Positions 12,221 through 24,444 of a stretch of DNA of 64,000 bases are shown here, in pieces (position 1 is the stretch's first letter; every line of letters begins with the position of its first letter). Source of the stretch: Eledone cirrhosa (Eukaryota); the NCBI GenBank assembly GCA_964016885.1, contig OZ024742.1, positions 50,158,001-50,222,000 of the forward strand, in the 5' to 3' direction. Under the pieces are notes generated by a model. That model ran no database searches. It saw nothing but the letters and a program-made list of their open reading frames with translations, and was not told where the DNA came from. Both the position numbers and the translations under genes were made by a program.

Positions 12221-13322
12221 GCTCAAGTATTAATGTAAGGGAGATATAGAGAGATATAGAGAGATATAGAGAGAGAAAAATTTAAAAATAGCCAGACATA
12301 TTCGAGGCGTAGAAAACCCTATGTTTTAATGTATTAGTATTTATAAAACTTACACTATATTGTAAATATCAGTATTCCTGAATGAAACAAGTATTCACAA
12401 TGCGTGAAAATTCATTATCTTATGTTTAGTTTTTAAAAAAATTCATATGTCTATGTGAATCCAACTGATTCACTCCGCAAATTCAAAGTTACCGGAAAAC
12501 ATTCTCAATGTGGTATAAACATTTGAGCGTATTATTATTCTTGCGATTACTCTACAAGATTATCTATCAAGCAGAAATAGAGAGCAGATTTCAATATACT
12601 AATCGAAAATATATATTATATTATAAGCAGAGATAACAATAATAATGATAATAAGTAAAAATATATAAAAATATAAAAATATAGAATAGAAAACTAAAAA
12701 AGAATATTACGAAAGAATATTACATAATAAAAATATTGCATATTAAAAATACTATGTTTTAAAATTATTACGTATTAAAACTTTACATATAAAAATATTA
12801 AAAATAAAAATAAAATAAAATAAAAAATAAAAAATAAAAATATAAAAATATTATAGAATACTACAATACTAAAAGAATAAAAATAAAAATAAAAATAAAA
12901 ATAAAAATAAAAATAAAAATAAAAATAAAAATAAAAATAAAAAATAAACCACAAAGAACAACCCTTCAAGGTTAATTGACAATATATTGCCAAGTTCACT
13001 ACAAGACAAAGCCAAAAATTATCTATCAAATCACATCTAGCAAGGAATATCGCAAAAAAAAAAAAGGTTATGATGTCCAATAATGTCTACATATGTTCCT
13101 ATATTTAATATATAAGTTTATCAAGTGTAAGGTTAATTCATAAAATTTGGAGCATCGGCTTTTAGGGTAGCTTAATTTTTCATGAGGAATGTTTAGATAA
13201 AAATAAAAATAAAAATAAAAATAAATACAATAAAATAAACAGTAAAAAGAGGGAATCAAAGATTTAGGAATCAAAAGATTTATCGGCTAGTTCTCATATA
13301 AATATAAATCAAACTAAATATA

Positions 13323-14023
13323 CTACATTTTAAATTTAAATTTATATTTAAACGTTGAGTTTAATCTATGTTTGCAACAACTGAATAAATTTGTCCGTAG
13401 GTTAAGGGAATTTTTAGATTTTAGTATAAAGAATATCTCCTCTGCGCAGAGGTCACATGTCTCAGAGGATGAATTAAAAGGAATCCCTCTTGAGACTATA
13501 TTCCAAGCCGTCGAATATCTAACGTTATCTAGCTTAAGTTGCCAGAGTACACCTGATAGTGCCGTTGAAGATTTTTTATTTGGATCTGTGAAAGAATTCT
13601 TGTGGTTATTATAGCGAAGTTTAAATTCCGTCGATGTGGAACCGACGTAGTTAAAAGAATTAGAGTCAGTATTAACATTACAATTGTATACTATATTTTT
13701 AACTAAGCAGTTGTTATTTAACGGACATTTAGATCTATCTCTACAGTTGCATTTGTTAACTTGTATATTATTTATGCTATTATCAGTAGTTTTTAAGTTC
13801 CTATTATTTATTCTATTAATATTTTGTGTTAAATTTTTGGTGGATGAATAGGTTAATTTAATTGTATGCCTATTGAAGATTGAGTGGTACCTATGTGTTC
13901 TAGGGAAGCGATTATCAAGAGCTTTGAAAAATAATTTAGCGATGTGGGTTTTAATGTTTAGTGAGAAAGGGGGGGCAAACCAAATTATGTTCCTAGTTCT
14001 ATTTCTTTTTTGTCCTTTGGAAT
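13323..14023 (-). pseudogene. PLE GIY-YIG endonuclease C-terminal ORF fragment (inverted arm)
   Basis: RNIIWFAPPFS..CNCRDRSKCPLNNNC..NIVY..YVGST..FKLRYNNHK..CDLCAEE..CCKH; open frame but 5'-truncated. Confidence 0.9.
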
Positions 14024-14180
14024 AATTCCATAGGACAAAAATAATTCCAAAGGACAAAAAAGGACAAAAAAGGACAAAAAGACAAAAAGACAAAAATAAT
14101 TCCAAAGGACAAAAAAGGACAAAAAAGGACAAAAAGACAAAAAGACAAAAAAGGACAAAAGGACAAAAAAGGACAAAAAA
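14021..14180 (+). repeat. Templated micro-repeat spacer: 14 x (G)GAC-A4-6 with three ATAATTCCA re-entries and an exact 55-bp duplication
   Basis: Every unit derives from the element's own aataattccaaaggacaaaaaa word; 14041-14095 is identical to 14096-14150. Confidence 0.92.
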
Positions 14181-14863
14181 GAAATAGAACTAGGAACATA
14201 ATTTGGTTTGCCCCCCCTTTCTCACTAAACATTAAAACCCACATCGCTAAATTATTTTTCAAAGCTCTTGATAATCGCTTCCCTAGAACACATAGGTACC
14301 ACTCAATCTTCAATAGGCATACAATTAAATTAACCTATTCATCCACCAAAAATTTAGCACAAAATATTAATAGAATAAATAATAGGAACTTAAAAACTAC
14401 TGATAATAGCATAAATAATATACAAGTTAACAAATGCAACTGTAGAGATAGATCTAAATGTCCGTTAAATAACAACTGCTTAGTTAAAAATATAGTATAC
14501 AATTGTAATGTTAATACTGACTCTAATTCTTTTAACTACGTCGGTTCCACATCGACGGAATTTAAACTTCGCTATAATAACCACAAGAATTCTTTCACAG
14601 ATCCAAATAAAAAATCTTCAACGGCACTATCAGGTGTACTCTGGCAACTTAAGCTAGATAACGTTAGATATTCGACGGCTTGGAATATAGTCTCAAGAGG
14701 GATTCCTTTTAATTCATCCTCTGAGACATGTGACCTCTGCGCAGAGGAGATATTCTTTATACTAAAATCTAAAAATTCCCTTAACCTACGGACAAATTTA
14801 TTCAGTTGTTGCAAACATAGATTAAACTCAACGTTTAAATATAAATTTAAATTTAAAATGTAG
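14171..14863 (+). pseudogene. PLE GIY-YIG endonuclease C-terminal ORF fragment (direct arm)
   Basis: Mirror of 13323-14023, with LAQN instead of LTQN; no start codon. Confidence 0.9.
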
Positions 14864-15983
14864 TATATTTAGTTTGATTTATATTTATATGAGAACTAGC
14901 CGATAAATCTTTTGATTCCTAAATCTTTGATTCCCTCTTTTTACTGTTTATTTTATTGTATTTATTTTTATTTTTATTTTTATTTTTATCTAAACATTCC
15001 TCATGAAAAATTAAGCTACCCTAAAAGCCGATGCTCCAAATTTTATGAATTAACCTTACACTTGATAAACTTATATATTAAATATAGGAACATATGTAGA
15101 CATTATTGGACATCATAACCTTTTTTTTTTTTGCGATATTCCTTGCTAGATGTGATTTGATAGATAATTTTTGGCTTTGTCTTGTAGTGAACTTGGCAAT
15201 ATATTGTCAATTAACCTTGAAGGGTTGTTCTTTGTGGTTTATTTTTTATTTTTATTTTTATTTTTATTTTTATTTTTATTTTTATTTTTATTTTTATTTT
15301 TATTTTTATTTTTATTTTTATTTTTATTCTTTTAGTATTGTAGTATTCTATAATATTTTTATATTTTTATTTTTTATTTTTTATTTTATTTTATTTTTAT
15401 TTTTAATATTTTTATATGTAAAGTTTTAATACGTAATAATTTTAAAACATAGTATTTTTAATATGCAATATTTTTATTATGTAATATTCTTTCGTAATAT
15501 TCTTTTTTAGTTTTCTATTCTATATTTTTATATTTTTATATATTTTTACTTATTATCATTATTATTGTTATCTCTGCTTATAATATAATATATATTTTCG
15601 ATTAGTATATTGAAATCTGCTCTCTATTTCTGCTTGATAGATAATCTTGTAGAGTAATCGCAAGAATAATAATACGCTCAAATGTTTATACCACATTGAG
15701 AATGTTTTCCGGTAACTTTGAATTTGCGGAGTGAATCAGTTGGATTCACATAGACATATGAATTTTTTTAAAAACTAAACATAAGATAATGAATTTTCAC
15801 GCATTGTGAATACTTGTTTCATTCAGGAATACTGATATTTACAATATAGTGTAAGTTTTATAAATACTAATACATTAAAACATAGGGTTTTCTACGCCTC
15901 GAATATGTCTGGCTATTTTTAAATTTTTCTCTCTCTATATCTCTCTATATCTCTCTATATCTCCCTTACATTAATACTTGAGC

Positions 15984-16018
<35 letters not shown>

Positions 16019-16380
16019 ATGCATCATTGATACACTTACTCAAAATGACCTCCCACTACCTAATTTTTCTATATCTATATTTATATATGTATCTATCTCT
16101 ATTTCCTCTCTCTCTCTATATATATATATCTCTTTCGGTCTCTTTACATGAAGCTCTTCGCTTTATCTATTTTTCCATCTCTCTATTTTGTCCCATGCAT
16201 TTCTTCTTTTTCTTCTTTTTCTTCCTTTTCTTCGTTTCGTCTTTCTTTCTTTCTTATTTCCCTCTTTTCTCTCTCTCTTTCTTTCTCTCTGTATTTTCAC
16301 TGCTAGAGTGAACCTCTTCAAATGAAGTTGATGTTTATTACGGTATGTCGAATATATTTATCTATAAAACTGTTTATATT

Positions 16381-16448
16381 GTATTTTGTCTGATGAAGGC
16401 ATAGCATATTGTTAATATGATATCCCCGAAATATATATAATGAAATAA
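16381..16448 (+). ncRNA. Type I hammerhead ribozyme (family A pLTR)
   Basis: tattttgt-CTGATGA(16390-16396)-aggcatagcatatt/gtt/aatatgatatcccc-GAAA-tatata-TA-atgaaata; palindromic minimal stem III. Confidence 0.85.
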
Positions 16449-16624
16449 ATATGGTTTTATAAATATAGTTTTCCATTTATTTAATATTGTAAATATACTC
16501 CAAGTATTTGTCGAGTGCTTTTATATCAGTTATAAATATTTACTAGTTGTAACCCAACAATTTTAAATATAACTTTACATATATATATATATATATATAT
16601 ATCACGATAAACTAACGGAGCACT

Positions 16625-18233
16625 AGACATATATGATGATGCAACGCTGGGCGGGCCCGTACAGACTATCTGCCATTACCTACATTTGGTGGTTCCTGCC
16701 CTGGCAGGAATCGGCCTTCAAGACAACTCGGCTAAGTCACAGGTGGTGAACGTCAGCCACGATGCTGAGAGCTTTACAGCCTCCGTCTCGGACTCGCGGT
16801 CCATTCTCCACCAGGTACAGGTGACCGCTAAAGAGGATGTGCTCATACTCGTGTCAGCAATCCACTCGCCGGCCATCCGCTCCACCATCAGGTCCAGGCT
16901 TCAACAACTCCAGACAATCACGAGCCGACTGGGCTTGATCGACGGCCACCCAGCCATCTTTCTGTCGAGGAACTGCTTCGCCATACCGAAGCTCCTCTAT
17001 ACCCTTCGCAGCGCTCCGTTCTACACTCACACATCTTTCCTCGCTGACCTCGATACTTGTATCCAAGAAGCAGCCGAGGAGATATGTAACGTCAAGTTTG
17101 ACGTCATTGGATGGCAACAGGCCGCCTTACCTATCAGGTATGGCGGCCTTGGCCACCGGTCCCCGATCTCACTGGCTTTGCTGGCGTATCTTTCGTCGGT
17201 AACCTAGTGCCGCGTCCTCGTCAGCAGGGTTCTCAAAAACACAATAGAACCCTTTGTGTTCCGAGAACGTGAGGCCGCCTGGGAGACGTGGGACCGGCTG
17301 GGACGCAGCCCAGTAGTCGTCCCTCCTACTTCTGCCCCTGTTGACGTCATGTCCCACCAAAGCACTTGGGATGCCATCCAGTGCAGCCTGGCCTCAGACA
17401 GGCTCACGCGCCAGCTCGAACACCACCGCCTTGCCTGTATTCGTGCGGCCTCCAAACCCTACAGTGGTGCCTGGCTCCATGCCCTGCCCTCCTTCTACAC
17501 TGGCACGCAGCTAGACAACAATAGCCTGCGCATTGGCGTTTCCTTGAGGCTCGGCCTCCGGGTCTGTGAGCCACACCAATGTCGCTGCGGATCCACCGGG
17601 GACCCTTTCGGCCTCTACCCGCTTTCCTGTCACCACAGTGCCGACCGCCTGCCACGCCATGCTGCCCTTAACGAGGTCATAAAGCATGGCTTGGACGTTG
17701 TAGGTTTTCCTTACCAGCTCGAGCCGGTGGGGGTGGACCGAGGGGACGGCAAAATGCCAGATGGCATGACCATCTTCCCGTTCCGTGGTGGTAAACTTCT
17801 CGTCTGGGATGCCACTTGCACCGACACTTTCTGCAGCCGCAACCTGGTGTAGTCTGCGATTAACTCGGGTTCTGCTGCACGTCGTCGGGCTAAGGAGGCT
17901 AAACTCCTCAAATACCGGTATCTCTCCGACAAGTTTGCGGTTGTACCCCTGGCAGTGGAGACCTCTGGTGTCCTTGGCCTCCCTACTCACCACCATAGGC
18001 GCTGAGCTGGCCAGCCGTAGGTGTGAGCCCCGCGCGTTGGAGTGGATTTTCCAGCGCGTCTCCCTTGCTGTCCTCCAGGGAAAGGCCTTCTCCATTCTGA
18101 CTGCCGAGGCTGTGGCGGAGCCCCATCGCGTATCATTCCATATTTAGTTGTGGTGGGCGTGCGTGTGTGTTTGTATATATCGCTTTTGTTTTCATTCATC
18201 ATCATGTCATTCTTCATTGCTTTTCTCTACTAA
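16625..18233 (+). mobile_element. CRE-like non-LTR retrotransposon, 5'-truncated (RT YxDD, Zn knuckle, restriction-like endonuclease), several stops
   Basis: YDDATLGG, QQAALPIRYGGLG, SGAWLHALP, CRCG..C..RHAALN, GKMPDG..LVWDATC, VPLAVETSG, FQRVSLAVLQGKA; GC-rich; lies in (TA)n. Confidence 0.82.
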
Positions 18234-18275
<42 letters not shown>

Positions 18276-18282
18276 TAAAATA

Positions 18283-18358
18283 ACAGATTAAAGTTTAAGC
18301 AAAGAATCGCTGCTTTCACCCTTAACGGGATCTTCTGAAACTAACAAAGTCAATCTGT
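18283..18358 (-). ncRNA. Type I hammerhead-like RNA with CAGAAGA (A4) core
   Basis: Minus strand: ACAGATTGA-ctttgtt-AGTTT-CAGAAGA-tCCC-gttaa-GGGt-GAAA-GCAG-cgattct-TTGC-TT-AAACT-TTAATCTGT; stems Ia, Ib, II and III all pair. Confidence 0.72.
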
Positions 18359-19064
18359 AAACGCAGAACTGGATATTTCAAAAAGCGTTGCAACCGGAGG
18401 AAGACAGGAAGACGATACTTTGGTTCGTGGTAACGTTCGCTGGCAAAGAACGGGAAAAAACGAATAATACGTCATTAATAGGAGCGGTGAAAAACAATTA
18501 CGCGCAAAGACAAAACCACGTTTATGGTATAAAAGAGGTCGTAGACTAATGTTCTCTTAGGTGGTGCATAGAGACGTTCTCTGGCAATGAACGAAAACAC
18601 GAAGATAATAAGTCATATGTGGAGTGTGGAGAACAATAGCACGCAAAGACAAAACCACGTAAATGGTATAGCAGTAATCGTAGACTAAAATTCTAACTAG
18701 GAGACCAAATGAATCTCCGCTACAGAGTTAAGAACAAAGTAAATAAATACAATACAGAAGTAATAGGAACAAATAAATACATACACGCAAACAGATACGT
18801 ACATACACAAGCATACGCAAAACCTTACCATGGGTATACAAAACCACGCACATATAAATATGTGTGTGTGTGTATGTTTGTGTACAAATAAATAAATAAT
18901 TATATAAACGTATATAAGTAAATAAATACGTATATAACAAGCGCACACGCATACCTACATATAGTAATAATAATAAACTTGAAGACTAAAATCCAATGAG
19001 GAGTCGATAAGGATGAATATATATCAACTATATGAGAAACGTAGAGAAAATATTTATTAAAATA

Positions 19065-19140
19065 ACAGATTAAAGTGTAAGCAAAGAATCGCTGCTTTCA
19101 CCCTTAAAGAGATCTTCTGAAACTAAAAAAATCAATCTGT
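19065..19140 (-). ncRNA. Second, more mutated copy of the A4-core hammerhead
   Basis: Same tcttctg core and tttc on the plus strand; mismatches in stems I and II. Confidence 0.6.
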
Positions 19141-20859
19141 GAACGCAGAAGTAATTATTTTGAAAAACGTTGCAACCGTAGGAAAACAGGAAGATGATAC
19201 ATTGGTTCGTGGAGACGTTCCCTGGCAATGAACGGAAAAAAGCGAAGATAATACGCTATTATGGGGAGCGAAGACAAAACCACGTTTAAGGTATAAATGA
19301 AGTCGTAGACTAAAATTCTATTTGGGAAACCGAATGATTCTCGGCTTGAGAGTTAAGAATAATCTAACCAAATTACAGAGGTTATTGAAATCAACGCTTG
19401 CGTGTGTGTTTATATGTTTGGTGTGTGTGTTCGCGTTTGGGTGTATGTGCTTTGGTTTTTGTATTCTATCTCTGTTTATTAGTGTGTGTTTATATGTGTT
19501 TGTTATTGTACTTGTGTATATATTTATTTATTTAATTCTTTATTTATTTATATTTCTCTTAAATCTGTATTGTTTGTTTCGGTATGGTTGTTGTTATTCC
19601 ATTCGTTTTTTCTTTTTAACTTTGGTTTTCTTAGCTCTATTTCGCTAGCTTCTCTGACTTGTCTACTTGTTGGGTCATTTCTATGTTTAAATATTATTTT
19701 AATTTCTATGTTGTCTATATTATCCGCATTTCTTTGTCTGGCGTGTACGTATACTATACGATCAACCTGTGCTGATTAAAATGAACCATGTGTGTGTGTG
19801 TGCATCTTATTTGTTGAAGTTAATGTGGAAATAAAGCCATAACCTCTGGGCTCCATGAGAGATCTTTACTGTTTTAATATGCAAATTCCCACTGTATCAA
19901 GTTATTATAACTCGTCAACAAATCTTTCTGTAATGCGGTTTTTGATTTTACGATTTACCATTCTTTCGGTTCGGTAATGACTATAGTAGCGGAGTACTAA
20001 GTAAGTTGTAGCAAAAATAATAGCAATATTTTGTTCTTTAACATAGAATTATTTACGATATAGAAGTAAAGTATATGACTGGTACACTGTAACGACGTCG
20101 AAAGTTTAAAAAGCTAAGATTATTTCGTTTTTAATGAATATTGCAAGGTATTCTATCCGATGTTCTAACTCCTTGTCATTAAAAATTAACGAATCTACTT
20201 ATGAGGTGTGTTCGATCTGATAAAACGCAAAACTACATTGAATTTCGAACCTGCATTGTGAAATTCGTGTGTATAATAATCGTTACGCAAATTTGACTGA
20301 CAAGTCGAAAAATAATAATTTCGTAGACACATAAACATAATGCTAAACATTCTCTTTTCTTGGTTATGTATCAAACCAAATAAATTCCTGAAAACTCATT
20401 CATCTTTTCTTTCTACGTAATTCTGTATATTATATGCAATTTATCATGGTAAATTCACAGCTGGACATTCGCAATAGGAATCTTCGTATCCGTGGCATAT
20501 ATTGCAAATGTCTTATTTATCGAAGAATTTAACGAGCTAAACCGAATCCTTTTATTAGGGTTTCTTGGAGATGTTACTTGTTTGCTAACTGCGCCATGGA
20601 TATATTCTGTGAAATTCATTTACTGCTATTATCTATAACAATATATTGTCAAAATACATATAATTATTATTTCTATAGTTTAACTTCCCTTCTTGCTTAG
20701 TAGTTTCATAAACAAAAACGTATTCTCAAATTGCAATGCTCCACTGTATGAAATAGAAAGAAATAGATCCAATTTGGAAGATCTACTACATGTTTACAAG
20801 ACGGGATGTGCTTAAATATTTACAATAGTGTTAAACTAATATAAACTTATGTGTAAAGT

Positions 20860-22292
20860 GCACTGGGCAGGCCTCCTCGAGAGGATGAGTGTCTCAGTTT
20901 TCGTAGGACTGATTTCCATTCCAACCATGGAGCACTCGGCAATAAACCTATTGAGTGCAAGTCCGAGATCACCTTCTGTCGTGTTAAGTAACACCGTGTC
21001 GTCTACAAATTCCAGCGAAAAGTTTTTTACATCCGCTAGTTATGATACCACTTCCAACTTAACAATCTCCCTGTATCTCTTTGACAGACACTTAGCATAG
21101 ACGTTACCGGAGAGGCTTAACAAGGAGATCTCACTTTAACTAGAACAATTGCTCTTGAAAATTGAGATTAAAACTCCTGATTACCAGTGGCGACGTGCCT
21201 TTCAAGAGATCCAGACACACGAGTCAGCCACATAATGCCTTATTTATTTAAGGCTGTTAACATTTTGGGTTAGATTTAATCCTTCCCAGTGGCCTTATCG
21301 CATATGAGCTCTTTACTTGCTCATGTGACCACAGCCTTTGAGCGATTAGTCATTGCTCCCTGAGGCACTTCGTTTATATCAGATGATGTTGTTGTGATCG
21401 GGTTTAGGAGATCAGCAACATATTCTTTCCAGTTCGCGAGGACGCACCTCTCATGGTGCGTTCTTGATAGCAGGTTTGGAGGAGCGCTTCTATTTACCCC
21501 CCAAATCCTCCAATTTCTTAACTTTGGATGCCTTTACTGTCTATGATGCTATTCTCCGTGTCTGCTTGTATTGCAAGTGCAAGGTCCCCCTTCTCAACAC
21601 GAAAATCCAACACAGAATCGAAGGGGTCAGAGACAATAAAAAATCAATTATTGATCTCTGTACCTGATTCCCCTTATTCCAAGTATATTTATGGATGTCT
21701 CTGTGCTCGAAGAAGGTATTCACAATAGAGGTGTTCATAATGGGATTTCCACTGAATCAGGTAGAGAAGTTCAAGTTTCTCAGGGGCGTGTTCACAAGTG
21801 TTGGAACTAACAGGCTGAATTAATTGCAAGAAATGTTTTAGCTTTAAGTAAGCAGAAGAAGGGAGGTAGACGTAAAGGCCAAACTCGCGGTCTTCAATTT
21901 GGTATCCGTGACAACACGTACTTATGGTCATGAATCTGGGATAATGACCGAAAGAATACAATCGCGAACACAAACGGCCGAAATCGGATTCCGTCGAATG
22001 TTCTTTGGAGTAACGTTATTCGATAAAATGCGGTTCCGTCGCTACTTCTCCGAATTGAGAGATCATAGCTCCGATACTATGGGCATGTGGTTAGAATGTC
22101 TCAGAAGAGAATCGCTGGACAGATTTTACGGGCACAATCAACTGGCAATAGACCCTGGGATAGACCCCAAGCAACATTCTTTGATAACATCCTCGAATTT
22201 CGCTGATCTTACTTGGGAATCCGACCAGAATTGTTGGACGCGGTTGATTCTGACTGGCCCCGCTGGAAGAAGTGTCTCAGGAATACGTGGGC

Positions 22293-22323
<31 letters not shown>

Positions 22324-22348
22324 AAGAAGAAGAAGAAGAAGAAGAAGA
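20860..22348. mobile_element. RTE-type LINE remnant with 5' inversion and (AAG)n tail
   Basis: Minus strand ~21895-20860: APE C-terminus (NTFFEHRDIHKYTW..SIIDF) to late RT (LNRFIAECSMVGMEISPTKTE). Plus strand ~21895-22290: C-terminus (TYGHES..TAEIGF..GHVVRM). Then (AAG)n at 22294-22348. Confidence 0.75.
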
Positions 22349-24324
22349 CACTTATGTATCAGCACATACAAAATGAATTGACATATTGTAAATATGATCA
22401 TATTCTACACAACTCCTTATATTGAATCTAGCACATGGTGAGATATAATCATAGGCTGATCACTTGTGTGACTGTGTAGCTGTGTGATAGGTGCACTAGA
22501 ACGTAATCTGAGAATCTAATGGGGCAAGCATCAAACATAATATGTTATGAGTTCAAAACCCGCCGAGATCGTGTGGCTAGAAGGAAGCTGACTAGGTGAC
22601 TACAATGCTATAGTTCTTTATTTATTTAAGGTTCTTCAACTTTTATCCATTGTTTTATCTTACTTAATTCTCCATGTCATAGTTTATACTTCATTCCTCT
22701 CATTCACTCTTTCCTTCTCTCTCTTTCTCTATACATCTACCATCTCTTGTCGTCATATGTATTACACTATTCATTCGAGTCTCTTTATTTTTCTCTTCTC
22801 CGAGTGTTCTGACTATCCTTCCGTTCATAAGCGGTTATATTGTAGCCCGACCCCTATCTCCCTAGACGTTCTATTATTAATTAATTTATGTGTTGCCCAT
22901 GCCACGATTTTGTCTTTTACAGAAGTGAATATTATGATTCTAATATGCTTTGTTCTTGTTACTACTGGTATAATTTTAAATACATTAATTTCACTCAATA
23001 TACTATGTTGACATCTTATTCAGATTGATTTTTATAAAATCCAATTCAGTCAGGTAGGAGGTAGTATCGGTAGAGCGTCGGACAAAATATTTTCGATATT
23101 TAGATACATTCAAATTACACCAATATTAATTTTTTCTTACATCTTTGTGCCGAGGATAAAATGAAGTACCAATTTAGAAATGTTGCCGATATAATCGACT
23201 TTCTCCTTGCCTCAAGTTACTGGCCTTGTGCCCATATAAGAACTAATTATCCATCAAAAGTCATCACCACCAAATTTCCTTCGGGAAAAATTCTTGTGTT
23301 GTTAAGTACTAAACATTTATCAGTTACTTGTACGTAACCATCTATCAGTTAATTTGTATGTGATTATAGTGATACGTTTAAAGAAAAAAATGTAGCCATG
23401 TTTGCAAAATTATTGTAAAGTTCTATACGAAAATCTCCAATGCCTAATGAAAGTGCCAGTTTCATCTGCAGTTTTGGCAAATTAACAGAAGCTGACACCA
23501 TGAACTGGTTGCAAGTTACCAACTCGTGACTTTATAGTCAATCTATCACCAACATCCCACTAAGTTTGTCAGAAATTTCATTGAGATCAATATTGCTTGT
23601 AACATAATCAAAGATGGTTGCATAATGTCCCAGTTACTATATATCAAATTTAAGTTTCAGAATAAATGTTAATAAACGGACTATTCAGATGTCTCTCAAA
23701 GTTCTCTATATTGAACATTAATTTCGTTTCTTTTCTCAAAACTACTATTGAGTAAACTCAAACTTATAAATATATATCAAAATGCCCAACGAAGCGAAGA
23801 TCTATTTCTACAAAGTACGTTACATCTTTTAATATTCCAAGATTGAGAGTTTGGTGGATCGACAGTATTTGTGAAGGGTCAAATAAAAAAGGCATTGCTC
23901 CATATGACATTGTATTGTTATTCTGATTTCAAATCCCATCGAGGTGAAATTTGATTTTCATCATTCCAGTGCCGATACAATAAAATACCAATCACGTACT
24001 AGGGTTAATTTAATCAGCTATGATTTTTCCCTTCATTTTCTGGCCTTGTGACTAAATTAGAAATTTATATTCAAATTTAGAATGCACTTAAATATACAAA
24101 GCAAGATATCGAAGAATCTGTATATGTATTTAATCGTTGCAAAGGATTTATGAAGAGAATTTTAAACGAGATGTGAATAAAACATATTCAAACTAGAGAT
24201 ATAATCTCATTAATCAGATGTTCTAATGTGATGCGGCAAACTTTGCAGACTTCGATAGGGAGATACATATATATATACATATATATATGTGTGTGTGGAG
24301 GGGGGTATATGTGCTCTCTCCACT

Positions 24325-24444
<120 letters not shown>

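Larger units (their letters stand above)
11714..16578. mobile_element. Young Naiad-type family A PLE as a 4.8-kb palindrome (arms 11714-14023 and ~14171-16490, tail 16491-16578)
   Basis: Arms are near-identical reverse complements (mirror ORFs in the track, e.g. 11893..12177- and 16027..16311+). Each arm has a GIY-YIG ORF, 3'UTR and HHR. Both ends in (TA)n. Confidence 0.93.
18271..19380 (-). mobile_element. Two tandem pLTRs of Naiad-type family C (19380-18962 with tail; 18960-18271 short end), with ~140-bp internal repeats
   Basis: 18271-18480 is repeated at 19052-19265. The motif aaaccacgt..gtcgtagactaa recurs at ~18513, 18652 and 19277. Shared with 4393-4578 and 49007-49163. Confidence 0.78.

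Noticed and set aside
14021-14180. CRISPR-like or telomeric array
   Set aside because: There are no unique spacers, the unit is not TTAGGG, and it derives from the adjacent ORF.
11714-16490. Palindrome as an amplification or assembly chimera
   Set aside because: The arms differ slightly, one has an 88-nt tail, both end in (TA)n at family-specific positions, and the same architecture recurs in other families. Read confirmation is still desirable.
16625-18233. Bacterial contamination or horizontally transferred gene suggested by high GC
   Set aside because: The motifs are those of a CRE-like retrotransposon, which is integrated in host (TA)n.
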